Of a stretch of DNA of 64,000 nucleotides, positions 21,607-35,600 are shown in pieces. This stretch comes from Dimorphilus gyrociliatus (Eukaryota; Animalia; Annelida). The DNA lies in the NCBI GenBank assembly GCA_904063045.1, contig CAJFCJ010000005.1:2406002-2470001 (forward strand). The letters run 5' to 3'. The notes below the pieces were generated by a model. The model did no database searches. It saw only the letters and a program-made list of their open reading frames with translations, and was not told the origin of the DNA. The translations under genes and the position numbers were made by a program. The number at the start of each line of letters is the position of its first letter. The stretch's first letter is position 1.

Positions 21607-22016
21607 TCTATAAAAGATTTTTGTTGACTGGTGAGAAGAGTGTTTGACCTGTTATAAATATCCATAATTTTGATAATGAGCTGCTAATTAAAATTTTAAA
21701 CCTGCCGCAAACAATATATTTTAGAGTTTGAAAGATGAGTTTATGTGATAGTTTGAGCCCCACCTTATATTAATAACTGCTTTATTCAACCTATTTTTAT
21801 TAGCAATAAGGGTACCGGCAAGACAAGGAACATTACAAAATAATCAATCAATATAAGGGAGGAAAAATTAGGTCATGTTTCTTTTACAATCTATCCTTTT
21901 GTAATTAGTACATTAAAATTTCATGACAAATATTAATTAATTTACAAATAAATATACAGTATATATATATAAGAAATAATTCAAATTTCATTCAATTTCT
22001 TGGGAAAATAGAGAAA

Positions 22017-24768
22017 ATGATGTTAAATGCTTCCTTTAAACTTTTAGACTTTATATTGTTCGCAATAAGTCTACTTTTCTCACTAAGTATTGGGATATTT
22101 TACCTTTGTCGAAAAAACAATAAAAATTCTCATAATTACTTTATGGGTGGAGAAAAATTGAAATTAATACCAATTGCCTTATCCATTTTGGCTACGAATG
22201 TTACGACTATTGAACTTTTAGGAACACCCGCCGAAATCTATAGTTATGGTACGCAATTTTCATTGCAAATACTAGCAATGATCCTTGGTAATACGTTGGC
22301 TTCATTTGTAATTGTCCCATTATTTTACCCTTTAAAGTTAACGAGTAGTTTTGAGGTGAATATATTTATCTATTTTCGTTATTATATATCTGTCATTCAT
22401 ACATTTTGAACAGTATTTTTCAATGAGATATAAAGAAAACACTATTAAATATTTTGCAATCCTTCTTTATACAATTTTTTTGGTAAGATTCTTTCTCTCC
22501 CTCTATCTTCCCTACTCGTTCACTCACTCTTCTTTCATTTTAGATTGTTGTTAGCGGAGTTGGAGTTTACGCAGCGTCAACAGCATTGCACGGTGTGTCT
22601 GGTCTATCAAATTATATAACAATACCAGTTTGTATCGGAATTGGAACCCTATACACAACTATCGTAATTAAACTTAACATTTTGTAAACGTATCTATTAG
22701 TATAAAATTTATGATTATGATTATATAATCCTAGGGTGGAGTGAGAGCTGTAATATGGACAGATGTTTTTCAATCGGTTGTTATTATATTGAGTTTACTA
22801 TACGTTTTAACTAAGGTATACAAAATGAAAAAACTACTTATTATAGTTATTCTAATTAAATACTGTTTTACCGAACGTAAAACAGGGAATTATCAATGTT
22901 GGAGGATTGAAAAAAATATGGACAATTAACTCGGAATACAAAAGAATTGAATTTTTCAAGTTAAAAACATTTCAAATTGTTTTGTTTTTTATTATTATTT
23001 ATCTAATATAGATAATATTAATTTATTAGTATAAGCTTTGATCCTACTGAAAGAACAACTTTCTGGCTAATAGTCTTTGTAATGCCAATCTTATGGTTTT
23101 GTACGGGTGCGTTGCAGTTAAACATTCAACGATTTTCCATGTTGAAAACGATTAAAGAAGCTAGAATGTAAGATAATAATTATATTGTTTAACTATTAAA
23201 GAATATGTTTTGTTTATTATAAAGGTCTCTTCTCATTCCTATTCCTTTTTATGCATTTATTCACCTGGCAGCAAGTTTATGCGGTTTTTGCGCTTTCGCC
23301 TATTATGCTTCGAGAGGTTGCGATCCTTTAAAATCTCATCAGATATCGAATCCAAATCAAGTAAGGAAGAGAAAATATTATTAAATAATCCTAGTTATTC
23401 ATTTTAAAATTGATAATCTAATAGATATTACCATTATTTATAATGGAGATAATGAGCTCATCAGGAATACCTGGTCTCTTTATAGCATGTCTCTTCAGTG
23501 CATCGTTAAGGTAATGGAAGTATTTTTTAAAATTAATTGAAATATTCTTAAAATATATCAACATCATTAAAGTACTTTATCGTCATCGTTAAATTCCTTA
23601 ACTGCTGTATTTTGGGAAAGTATTATAGTTCCAAATTTTCCTAGTATAAACAAGACAATCTACTGTAAACTTAATAAATTAATTGGTTTGTTTTTAAAAG
23701 CAAAAATTAGGGAATTTATTCAATTTGCTTTTTAATCATAAACATCAAATAATAGGTGTAGTGTTGGGTATCTTAATGTTAACGGTTTCAATTAGCATTC
23801 AACACGTTAAAGCTACATTATTCGAAGTAATTATTAAAATATTCATTAAGTATAAAAGAGTTTATTTGATGGTCTTATATTTATATATCTTTCAGCTGGC
23901 GTATAGTTTTATTGGTTCTGTTGTAGGCCCATTGGGCGCTTGTACTCTTTTATCGGCAACATTTCCCTGGATCTCAGGCTTTGTAATTAAATTTTAAATG
24001 ATAAATATATATATATAATAGCTTTCGATTTTCATTTTCTTCTTCTTTTCAACAGTCAATACTCATTAGTTGCATAGCATCGTTTATCAGTATAATTTGG
24101 TTGAATATGGGTTCAATATACTATAAATTTTCGCCCAGTTTAAAACTTTCACCAGTGTTTAACTGTTCATCTATTGAAATTATTGAAAATTGTTTAAATA
24201 TATCTAATATATATAGAACTGTACTTAATGAAACAATCTATTCGAATGAAATATTTATTAAAAATCAACGTATAACAAGATTGAATATGTCTTTGAATGA
24301 CTGTAATAGTTTTTTAACCGAACTACCAAAAAGTCTCCATCGAAAGCCGTAAGTTTTTAATACTTTATATTAAAATGAATGTATGATATATGTATATGTA
24401 ATTCTATAAAACTACCTTAACTTTATTAGAGAAGGATTGCAAAGTTTATATGCTATTTCTTATCTTTATTATCCGGCTATCGGTATGATTTTAAGTTTCT
24501 TATTGAGTAATATGCTTAGTCTATTTCCATGTAAGTAAAATTTTACTTTATAAGCTTTTTCTTTTCATTTTCAATTGAACAACGATGTACAGGTCTCCGA
24601 TGTCGGCATTACGTTGAAGATCGTTTTCTTTTTGAACACGCACGCATTGTTAGGAGGTATTTGAATAGATGTCTACATGGGTCAGAATATGTTTTTGAAT
24701 CAAGAGAAGAGGATGACAACAGCAATGAAATCCAACTTCGAAAAATAGAAACTTCCTTAGATATTTAG
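22017..24768 (+). CDS. Sodium:solute symporter (SLC5A6/8/12-like), multi-exon
   Basis: YFMGGEKLKLIPIALSILAT...LLGTPAEIYSYGTQF; GGVRAVIWTDVFQ; GIPGLFIACLFSASL-like exon; stop TAG at 24766-24768. Exon boundaries not all resolved. Confidence 0.88.
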
Positions 24769-25310
24769 TTCGTTCAAAGTTCATTTGCATAAAATATAAA
24801 CAATTATATTTATGTACAAAATAATATTTTTGTTGTATGTAGAGGTGGTGACATGAGTGTTTGAATGCATAAACGTGAATACGTCCACATTCTCTGCACT
24901 GCGCCGTAACCTATAATCACCGATGAAATGAGTTTGCTTCTTCTGCTCTTACTAGACTAAATATATATATATATGTCAGAGATAACATTTTGTACTATGA
25001 CGGTGTGAATGCTTGAATGTGAACATCATCCGTTATTCATGTTATTCCACCATTCTCAGTCACGAACCTTAATCGCCGATTGCGTGATTGTTTATGTATG
25101 TATATGCATATGTTGTTAGTGGGTCAAACTGGTTTGGTGAGCGTTAATAAGTGTTGAGCAGTGCCTGATAGTCACCTATAAAAGAATGATAGGGAACTCT
25201 TATGAGGCCGTAAGCTCAAAACGAAACAACCAAAAACAAACTAAGGACATCTCTATATCAGAAAATCAGCAACGTTTTATACAATATTTTTTCAATAAAA
25301 TACAAGAAAT

Positions 25311-25705
25311 ATGTTGAATTCTGAAACAGAAGAAGTAGCAAAATTAATCGACTCAGAAAATGTGGAAACAGGTGAAGTCGTCTTTATCAGACAAAAAAAA
25401 GTAAAATCATACTGGGTATGTAAACAAGAGAAAACTAGACTATTTATTCAAGTTCAATACATTTTAAATAATCAAATTTACAGCCCTTTGCAGTCTTTAC
25501 AATACTTTGCTGTAATCCCCTGTGTGGCCTTGTTGCATTTCAAAAAAGTATTATTTCAAAAGCTTACCAAATAAATGGAAATATGGAAAAAGCCGCAGAG
25601 TATTCAAAATGTTCTTTTATTTGCAGTTGTCTTGGTCTTGTGGTGGGAATTATAACTTTACTTGCGTGTCTCGTGTTATGTTTGTTTATCATGCAAATAC
25701 TGTAA
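25311..25705 (+). CDS. CD225/dispanin (IFITM/PRRT-like) protein 1, 2 exons
   Basis: Exons 25311-25415 and 25484-25705 give ...KSYW|PFAVFTILCCNPLCGLVAFQKS...GNMEKAAEYSK...LGLVVGII, the CD225 pattern. Confidence 0.85.
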
Positions 25706-26641
25706 GGTTATCTCACCGTATATAAATTTTAAAAGAAGATAAAACGTGCAATTAAAAATTTTTAACACTTGCTATTTGTTTACTTAATACAACGAACAAA
25801 ACAATTCTTATCAGCTATGTTATGGGTTAGTATGAATGTGTGTGTGAGAGAAGGAACGAATGTGTAAGGTGCGAGTGTGTGTCATATGGTGAGGGTAGGC
25901 GATTTAGGCTCATATCAATGTATGTCAGCTTGACCTGATATCACAGCCTATGAACGGAATGAGGCGATGTCAAGTGAGACAACACGAACGTGGCTTCACA
26001 GTAATGAGTAGAATCAAATAACCATTTAGAGACATAAACAGGCACAAAGATCTATAAAAAGAACAAAATACAGCAAAATGAGTGAGTGACAAACACTGAA
26101 AGCCAAAATAAAATTGAAACGAAATTGCTAACGTATAAACAAAAAACAACATATTCCTGAGTTCGTGATTAGAGTAGAGAATTTATCTTGTTAATACAAT
26201 ATCTACTGATTGTAAAGTTGTCTTTCTTATTTGTCCTAAGATTCATAAACATCATTGATATTCAAAACAAACTGAATAAAGCTAACAGCGTTAATCGTTT
26301 AAGCTTACAGTATTGTGATTAATCGAATTTATATTTATTAATTTAGGGAACATAACTAAAAGATATAAAGAGTTTGGTTGTTGTAATTACCAATCACTAT
26401 TGGTAGAAAAAACTCTTTTTTTTATGGGAATTCAATACTTGATGAATGGTCATGTCATTCTTTTTTATTAGTATATGCATGTATATTGATAAACATCATG
26501 TAAACAAACTGAAAAAGGATAATCTACAAATGTGCTCCACTTAATTGACAATAGACTTTAAAACGTCTAAATATTAATAGAAATACTACCACTACTAACT
26601 AATATTTTGTTTAAATGATAAGAACTTTTAACACTCTATCT

Positions 26642-26685
<44 letters not shown>

Positions 26686-26893
26686 ATATATCATTAAACC
26701 ACCGTAGATATAGTGCTATGTGACCAGACATCTGTTATTATTTAGTTATAGATTATTCTCATGTTTGGTACGATATTTGCTTTAAAGAGAGAATATTTAA
26801 TAATCCAAAAGCAATCTACTCTACGCTTTCGGACTGTTGAAGAAACTAACTAGAAAAGAATACTTGAAAACTAACATTATTTCAATTTTAAAA

Positions 26894-27340
26894 ATGGAAG
26901 ATAATCATCTCTTAAATAAAAAAACAGAGAAATGCGAAGATAACGCGTGTGAAATTGAAATAGAACCATCCAAATCGGCTGATGGGTTTTGGGTATGTTT
27001 GTTCATTTTCCTGTTTTTATTTACTTTATTAACTCTTTTTTTTATCAATTTTCTCACTTAGAAACTATCAATCTTTACATATATGTTTTGCCTTTTGGGT
27101 AACCTTTGCGGTTTGGTAGGGTTGGTTAAAAGTATTTTCTCAAGAATTCATTTAGCAAATGGAAATTTGAAAAAAGCGCGAGAAACTACAAAATCATCAT
27201 TAAAATGGAATATATTTGGTATAGTTATTGGAACAATAACAATTGGACTGCTTGTTACCATAACTACATTTCAAACTTTTGAAACATTGAAAATATTAAA
27301 GAAAATTTTCAACAATTGCAAACAAGAAGTTTACAAATGA
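26894..27340 (+). CDS. CD225/dispanin (IFITM/PRRT-like) protein 2, 2 exons
   Basis: Exons 26894-26992 and 27062-27340 give ...DGFW|KLSIFTYMFCLLGNLCGLVGLVKS...GNLKKARETTK...IFGIVIG; same phase-0 intron after Trp as copy 1. Confidence 0.82.
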
Positions 27341-27845
27341 GGCTTATGTTATAAATGTGAAGGTGTAACAAACAAACAAAACAAACAAAACAAACAAACT
27401 AACAAATAAATATTTTATATTGTTTCCATGTCTGTTATAAATTATACACAGTATATTTTTATTATTGTCTTTTGTAAACGAGATTTAATTGCCATTCAAC
27501 GATTATGTCATAACAAACTGTCTTTTTTCAAAGTGTAGATGAATTTATTGCAACATCTTGTGAAAGAAAAATCTATAATAGTAGAATATGAATCATACTA
27601 TCATGTATACAAATAACAATATTCATAATAAAATAAGAAAACAAATATTTTCTATACAACTATCTTAGTATAATAGACAAGTAATATTGTAATAATACTT
27701 TCCTCTACTAGAGGGTATGATAGTCTCAAATTTAATGGTTATACTTGCAAAAATTTATGCTTATTCTTGTAATATTGCATTTGCTATATCAGCAATCTAT
27801 TTCACCTGTTCGTACTAATATTAAAGTATCCTTCCTTAGACGATC

Positions 27846-29183
27846 ATGGAAGATTTTAAATATGATGGATGTCCTATTTGTTTAATGAATTTAGAAAATA
27901 TGGAATATCGTCGTCTACCTTGCCATTATACTCATATTTTTTGTACTGTCTGTCTTAATAAATTATTGAAAGATAGGTTAAAATGTGATGGTTTTGCTTG
28001 TCCTCTTTGTAAATTCCAAATGAGTTTTCCAGATCGCGGTATCGATAGTTTCAAAAAAATGGATGTTAAAAAGTCAATTAAAGGTAATTTAATTCTAAAT
28101 GTAGAAGCGGAATTAGATCGATTAAAGAAACAAGAAAAGTATGATATGAGTAGACTTGATCGATTTTTTGATAATGTGCTTCTAATAGTACGAAATGAAA
28201 GAAAATTATTGAAAGGTGAATATACTGAAATTGTCGAAAAAAGGCGTTCCCAGTTGGGAAATATCTTGAATGATTTATCATCACTTCCTAATAACGATGA
28301 GAAAAAACTAAAAGAAACAATTGAACATTTAGACGAGATATCTCAGCAGAATGTTACAATTGATTTGGATACATCAAGATGCGAAGGTTGGAGAATTCTC
28401 TATTCCGAATATGAAAAACCCGATAGTTCTTACCAGAAGAAAGTTGACCATCTTCAACATTTTTTTGGAGCTAAGAACTTCTTCTACGCTCTAACCCAAA
28501 AAGGAATAATAGAATTTAACAAAGATAGCCATAATACAAGTTATATTGATATCAACTTTAATTGTTTTGAACTATCTACTGATAAAGAAATGTTTGGCCT
28601 ATCGAAACTTCCAAGAAATGATTATTCTGTGTTTAAATTTCATGGAATTAGTAAAGTGTTTATGAAATTATTAACAAAGAAAACATGGAAAATCTCTAAT
28701 CCATATCATACTTTATGTTATATTCTAGGATTTGACCTTATTCTCTTTGATACTATAACAAATGAGATTATTTTTAAAAAGGATTTCTTTTCATCAAATA
28801 TTTATAGTTATAGGGAAAAAAAAGATGGAATGTTTTATTTGCTAAGATCGGATCTTGACCTCTCTTTTTGTAAGATAGTCGATATGTTAAAAATATCTTG
28901 TTTTCGAGGAGAAAAAGTCGCAGTAACAATAATAGATAAAAAAATCTCATTAAGAAATGATATAATCAAAGAGATGGTTAACGGAAAACTATTTCTGAGA
29001 AATAAAGATTACGTTTTCCTATTAAACTCCGAAAATCAAACAGCCAAGGCCTACCCGCACAAAAATATTTTCAAGGATGGTTCAATATGGCATTACGTTC
29101 AAACTGAAAGTCAAATCTCGTTTAGTATTCTAAAGAATTTCGAATCATTTTCAGAAATTTCGGTGAAATGTTATAATTTGTAA
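27846..29183 (+). CDS. RING-HC + coiled coil + beta-propeller-like protein, B-box-less TRIM-like (member 8)
   Basis: CPIC-x11-LPCHYTHIFCTVC...CPLC...FPDRGIDSF; coiled coil; SLRNDIIKEMVNGKLF..KDYVFLL...KNIFKDG. Confidence 0.8.
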   Translation: MEDFKYDGCPICLMNLENMEYRRLPCHYTHIFCTVCLNKLLKDRLKCDGFACPLCKFQMSFPDRGIDSFKKMDVKKSIKGNLILNVEAELDRLKKQEKYDMSRLDRFFDNVLLIVRNERKLLKGEYTEIVEKRRSQLGNILNDLSSLPNNDEKKLKETIEHLDEISQQNVTIDLDTSRCEGWRILYSEYEKPDSSYQKKVDHLQHFFGAKNFFYALTQKGIIEFNKDSHNTSYIDINFNCFELSTDKEMFGLSKLPRNDYSVFKFHGISKVFMKLLTKKTWKISNPYHTLCYILGFDLILFDTITNEIIFKKDFFSSNIYSYREKKDGMFYLLRSDLDLSFCKIVDMLKISCFRGEKVAVTIIDKKISLRNDIIKEMVNGKLFLRNKDYVFLLNSENQTAKAYPHKNIFKDGSIWHYVQTESQISFSILKNFESFSEISVKCYNL

Positions 29184-29658
29184 TAATGACGTCATTAGAG
29201 TAAGAAATTTTTAATAAAAGTTCAGTTTTAATGAATAAACAATAGATTTTTTTTATCAATCTATTTGTCCTATATATCTTCATTTTTAAAACAGTCAATG
29301 TCTCTGTGAAAGGAACATACATAGCATACTTTATTTATATGAGATTACTAGGGAATTACATCAGATCATTGACTACAAAACGTTTACAAGCAATCATAAA
29401 TACCTAGACAAGTGAGTAGTATCATAAAAAGATAGTCGAATGGTTAAAGAGCAGTATATGAATATGCAATATGCTGTCTGTATATAACCAAGAAGCCTTA
29501 GAAGTAAAGATATAACTCCCTGCGGTAAAAACGAGAAAAAATTGGAATACAATCTCTACCAATTCAAATTGTTGTCGTTGATAGTAAAACAACTATAAAG
29601 CTTCGACGCTGTTCAATGCAAAGCCAATTTGGAGAGAGCGTCAACCTAAGTAACAAAC

Positions 29659-32600
29659 ATGGCAACTAATCCACTTCTTAAACATCACGAAAAGATTATT
29701 GTTCAACTTTTGCAGAACGACGACTCATTTCTCCTAACGTTGAGATCCTGTCACTTTCTAGTCGAGAATGAAGTAAATGATATGAAAGAGGATTTTAAAT
29801 CTCATTTGGATAAGATTCTTACTTTAACAATAGGCGAATTTTTCAAAGCTTTAAGTTCAACTAATAAGGAGACATGGCGCCGATTGCGAAAAACAATTGC
29901 ACAAACTTGGCAACACATTGTCAAAAAAACTAAAGAAAATGTCTATAATGAATTTTCAATTATAAGAAAATTTTCATTTTCCACAGAAACAAGATATTTA
30001 ATTAATTTTCAAGAGATTTCAATGCCAATTAGAATTAAACCGTTGAGAACTTTAAATGCAGATCTATCGAGAGAGCTCTGCTCTAATAATATCAAATTTC
30101 TTAAATGTATTAACAATGATGATAGGATTTTAATTACAGGAAGTCCGGGAATTGGTAAAACGAGTCACTTTATAAGTATCCTTAATTCATGGGCTAAGGA
30201 TAAAGAATTAATTGATTTTTTAATCCTCAAGATAAAGCTAACTGATTTCAAAATGGAACCAAATTTAGTTGAATTCTTATATGAGAAGAATATAAAAAAT
30301 TCGTCCTACGTCACTCTTAATCTCTTTAAATATTATTTATCAAAAGAATGTGAGGATCAAGATAGAAGAATTGTTCTTCTAGTCGATGCAGAAGACGAAT
30401 TATACAGTCGAATAGAAATGTTTATATTAAAAATTAAAGAATGCAATATATGCAATTTTCCCATTATCGTCTGGTCGAGAAAATGTTACGAAGGTTTATT
30501 TGATAGTAGCTTTGAGATTCTTGGTTATAGCGATGAGAATATTGTTGAATTCTTCAAGAAATTCTTCCTAGAAGATACTCCTTGTCTTGACGAAGATAAG
30601 AAACATTTAAAACTGTTGAAATTTTTAAAAGATAATGGAGAGGATTTACTAAAATCGTGTTTTAATCCATTAATTGCAACTATAGTTGCATATATTTGGC
30701 AGAAGAAGCATAATACTATAATGGATAATAAATTTCAAATTTACGAAGAAGCTGCTCATATCCTACTAAATATGAATACGAAGACAAAAGAGTCAATTTA
30801 CTTGAATGAAAAGATGAATACATGCGCTGAAAAAGCTTTTCTTAATATTTTCTTTAATAAAGATATTAATATGGCTGGGCATAAATTGACAAATTTTGGA
30901 AATTTACTTATATCTCCAGTTCATCAACAAGAAGATAGAGATGGAGAACAATTTCATTTTCTCAATGATACGTTTAAAGAATATTTCGCAGCTAAATTTA
31001 TTGTTAAATCGTTACAAAATAATCTATTAAGCCTAGTTTCGGAGGTAACAAATGAAAAGAATGATACTAAATTGATACAGGTTATCTGTAATCCCGATAA
31101 AGTTGGTAATCGAAGAGCGATATTCGATTTCATAAAGAATATGAACGAAAATATATTTTCGATATTAGTAAAACATAATATCGATATTCTTACCATTTCT
31201 GAAACGGTTACAACCGATATAATCAATCTTTTTAGTCGTGAAAAGCAGACTGAAAGAGTGAAATTAATTGGTGGATCATTAACAAAACTTCTATGGTCAA
31301 TTATTATTAATAGCTACTCAACTGAGATAACTAGTATCACTCTTATCGATGTAGAAATTAATTTTCAAGAATTTATACATAGTTGTAGTGAAAATTTGAA
31401 GGAAACATTACAAAGTTTAACTGTTCATTCCAATATTCAAATTACTGTATCCGGAATATTTTTATGTAAAATAATAAGAAGTTTACGTAAACTAACTAAA
31501 TTACATTTTTCAAATATTACATTTATGAAATTGAAGAGACGAGACTATTCTATTAATTCAATTACTCTAGAAGATCTTCAACTAAAGAATTGTTTCTCTT
31601 CAGGCGATATGCCCTATTTCCATCATTGCCAATTTTTAATACACCTTGATATTTCCCATAATGAATTGAAAGGTAAGAATATAAAATTGAACTTTATTGA
31701 TAATAGATTAGATATACAACTAATTTTTATTATTATTATTATTAAAAGACAACGATTGGGAATTATTATTTAGGTTTTTAGAAAGTTGCGAAGAGTTGAA
31801 ATCTCTGGATTTATCTTATTGCTGTCTTCCTTCAAAACTACATTCACAATTGAAAGAATCCATATCCACTCATAAGTATTTAGAATATATTAATCTATCT
31901 GGTAATTTATTGAATGAAGATGATAATAATGAATTTTTAAATGCATTCAAAAGTAGGAAATTAAAAACAATAGCATTGAATAATTGTAAACTAAATCTTC
32001 ATTCGAACGTCGTTAAAGAAGTCCTTTTAACGAATACAAATTTAAGTGTTTTAGAATTGTCTGGAAATAATTTGATAGAAGTTGAAGAACTCTTATTCTT
32101 GAATGCAATTCTTGAAATTAAAAAATTAAAAAAAGTCAAACTACCATCATTACCTTTGGATAATTTACAGTTTAATCCTAAGAAATGTCAAGTAGAAAAG
32201 AGTCACTCAAAACTGGAATTATTGGATTTTAGTGAAAATAATTTACAAGATAAGATACTTTATTCAATATTTAAGAATATATTATCATTTCAACATCAAC
32301 TTCATACGTTAATGATTGATCATTGCAACATTACATCTAGTAATATTGAAGAGATATCAAAATGCTTTAGCTATCTGAAAAATATCAGTAACTTTAGCGC
32401 CAGAGGCAATCATCTTGCAGATTGCAACATATCTGTACTTTTACAATTTAAATTGGCAAATGATAGAGAAAGTAATATAGATTTGAATCTTTCATCTTGT
32501 AACTTAAATCAAGCATCATTAGAATCAATTTCAAGGTTAAAGTATTCAAAATTAGATTTATCTTTTAACGATTTTCATGAATTCCTCTCCTGGAAGGAAT

Positions 32601-35600
32601 TCTCATTAATATCATTCACTTATTTAAAAGTGTTAAAATTGAAAAAATGTAATCTTGAATCGAATTTCTTAGAAAGATTTATGGATAGTTTTGAAGAAGG
32701 ATCAACAATAGAATATATTGATATATCAAAAAATTCATTAACAAATGGAATTATGTTAAAATTTTTCCAGAATAAGAAAGTCATAAATAGTCGTTTAAAG
32801 ACTATAATCATTTACGGTGGTAATTTAAATGGAAAGATATTTCTTGATTTAATTATTCAAGTTGATAAACTTTCAAAGTTAAATGTATTTAACTCTCCTA
32901 ATACTTATAGAAAGAAGAAATATCCACTCGATCAGATAGATGTTGATGAGTTAATTAACTTGAAAATATTTAACAAAACAATCATTAAATACTTTCTAAA
33001 TGAATTTAAAGAAGTTGTAAATTATAAAAGACTTCGTTTAAAGTTTTGTTCAACCATTCAACATCTTAAAATACTGAGTAGTAGTAGAATAGAAATAAAG
33101 CATTTTGATTTGGATGATTCCCTAACGGAAGAAGCTTATGAATATTTATTACAAATTATAAGGAATCAATATAACATTGAGACAATTTCATTTAAACAAA
33201 CATTTAATCAAATACATAGCGAGAATATTGTGAAATTACTTGTAATTTTCTCTAATAATATTCAATATTTTCACTCAGAAAAGATGCTTCAAGTCTCACT
33301 TTTGATGGAATATTTACCAAAGTTTAAAAATTTAAAATATCTTAAAGTTAATGGCATGAATCTATCAAATCAGAATAAAGTGTTTCTTCAACATTTCAAT
33401 AGGAATATTAGAAATTTAAAAGTATTACATTTAGAAAAGTTATTTATCAATTCCGAATGTTCACTCCTCTTGGGCAATTCGTTAAAACAGCAAACACATC
33501 TAACGGAATTAAGTCTCTCTAATTCTAATCTAGAGAATCTTCTTGGCAAAAATATCTTTCAAATTGAAGATGTTCGATGTTGTTCTATAATAAAGCTTGA
33601 TCTATCTCATTGTAGATTTTGCCCTAGAATGTCAAGGAATCTTGGAATTTTTATAGGATTACAAAGAGGTCTAATTCTTCTAAATTTATCATTTACAAAT
33701 TTAATGGGAAGAATTGGAGAAATTTTATTCTCGAATATATCAAGCTCTTGTAATTTTCTTGAAGAATTTGATCTATCATATTGCGATGTAAGTCTGTGCG
33801 GAATTGAACATGTAGGAAGATTTATTGGAAATCAAAAAAGATTGGAAATATTAAAACTGGTAAGGTTTAATTTAGCTGGAAATTTTGGAGAGACTTTTTT
33901 TGGTAGTATTAATGAATCTACATGCCATATTACACAATTAACGCTTGATTGGTGTACTCTAAGTTCAGAAAGCGCAAAAAGTTTAGGGAAATTCATTAGT
34001 TATCATAATAATCTATTCCAATTAAGTTTAAAAGGTATAGAATTGCAAACAGAAATTATAGAAAATCTTTTTGAAAGTATGTCAACACATTACTGCTCCA
34101 TACGTCAATTAGAGTTGGTTGAAGCGCAATTCAACGAAAAGTCGGCATGTTTTCTACGAAACTATATTGAAAAAAATCAAACTGAAATGAAAGCTCTCAA
34201 CTTTAGAGGTATAGATCTAAGACATTCTATTGGTTTAGAAATGTTTAACGTTAGCGTCTGTTCATTATCAATTCTCTGTCAATTGGATATTATTTCCTGT
34301 AAATTGTCTGAGGATATGTCATTATGTCTTGGAAAATTTATTAGTAATCAATTGAAGTTGAAAATTCTAAATATTCAATCATCTTCCTTAGATGGAAAGA
34401 TTGGAGAAAACCTTTTCAAAACCCTATCGGATTCTTGCTATTCTTTAGAAAAATTCAGTCTATTTAACACGAATCTAAGCGAACAAGCAGTATCCCTTTT
34501 AGGAATGACCATCTCCAATCAAACTCAATTAAAATCTCTATGCCTTCGACAAACAAACTTTGCAGGCAGAATAGGAAAAAGCCTACTTCTTTGTAATAGT
34601 TATGTTAGGTCAACAGTACAACAATTTAAACTTTCTCTAACCGAATTCAGTGCAATCATAGACACTGAACTGGGAGAATCTGCTAGCGATCAGTCAAATT
34701 TCAAGGAAATAGTTTGTAAAGATATTAACTTCGATGAAGATATAAAAGAGAACATTCTGCAAAAGTTGAATACCACTTGTGTTTCAGTTGAAATAATTAA
34801 TATTTCATCTACAGAAATGAATGTTAATACTTCGGAAATACTTATTATATTCATCTGCAATCAAATGAACTTACAGAATCTTACTCTTTGCAATATTATT
34901 ATAAAGAATAATGGTATTATTGAAGATAAATTATCAGAAGATATTAATTTTCCTTCCTCTTTACATGAAGTTCAATTCCAAAAGTGTGATTTGTGCATTG
35001 TAAAAAGTAAAATTATGGGAAGATTTCTCAGTTTTCAAATGCATCTATTAAAAATCAATTTTAGTAATATGAAATTAGAAGGAAATGTAGGAGAGAATAT
35101 CTTTAAAGGACTCTCGAATAATTGTTCATCGATTGAAGACCTAAACTTGACCAATGTTCAATTATGTCAGCGGTCAGCTTCTTATCTTGGAAATTTAATA
35201 AATAGACAAACTAATTTAAAAATACTATGCTTAAAAAATATAAATTTAGAGGGATTAATAGGAGTGAATCTCTTCAAGAATAGCAATCAAAGTACCTCTC
35301 TTAAAAAGTTATGTATGTCATACTGCAAATTCGATTCTGAAATGACACGCCATCTTCAAAAATTTATTGCCAATCAACGCAAATTAATAAGTATCGACTT
35401 AAGAAATACAAAATTAACAGACGAAAGAGGAGCAGGAGAGATATTTCATAATATTAGCGCAACATGCTCTTTAATAGAAATACTCTTAAATGGAATCTGC
35501 CTTGGTGAAATGGCTGCCAATAAACTAGGCCTATTTATAAGTTATCAGACAAATTTAAAGATATTGGAGTTAGATAAGGTAAAATTTGAAGGAATTGTTG

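Noticed and set aside
25165-25230. Hammerhead-ribozyme-like string (GTC...CCTAT/ATAGG...CTTATGAGGCCGTAAGCTC...CGAAAC)
   Set aside because: The core reads CTTATGA rather than CTGATGA, extra bases separate stem I from the core, and stems II and III do not pair properly.
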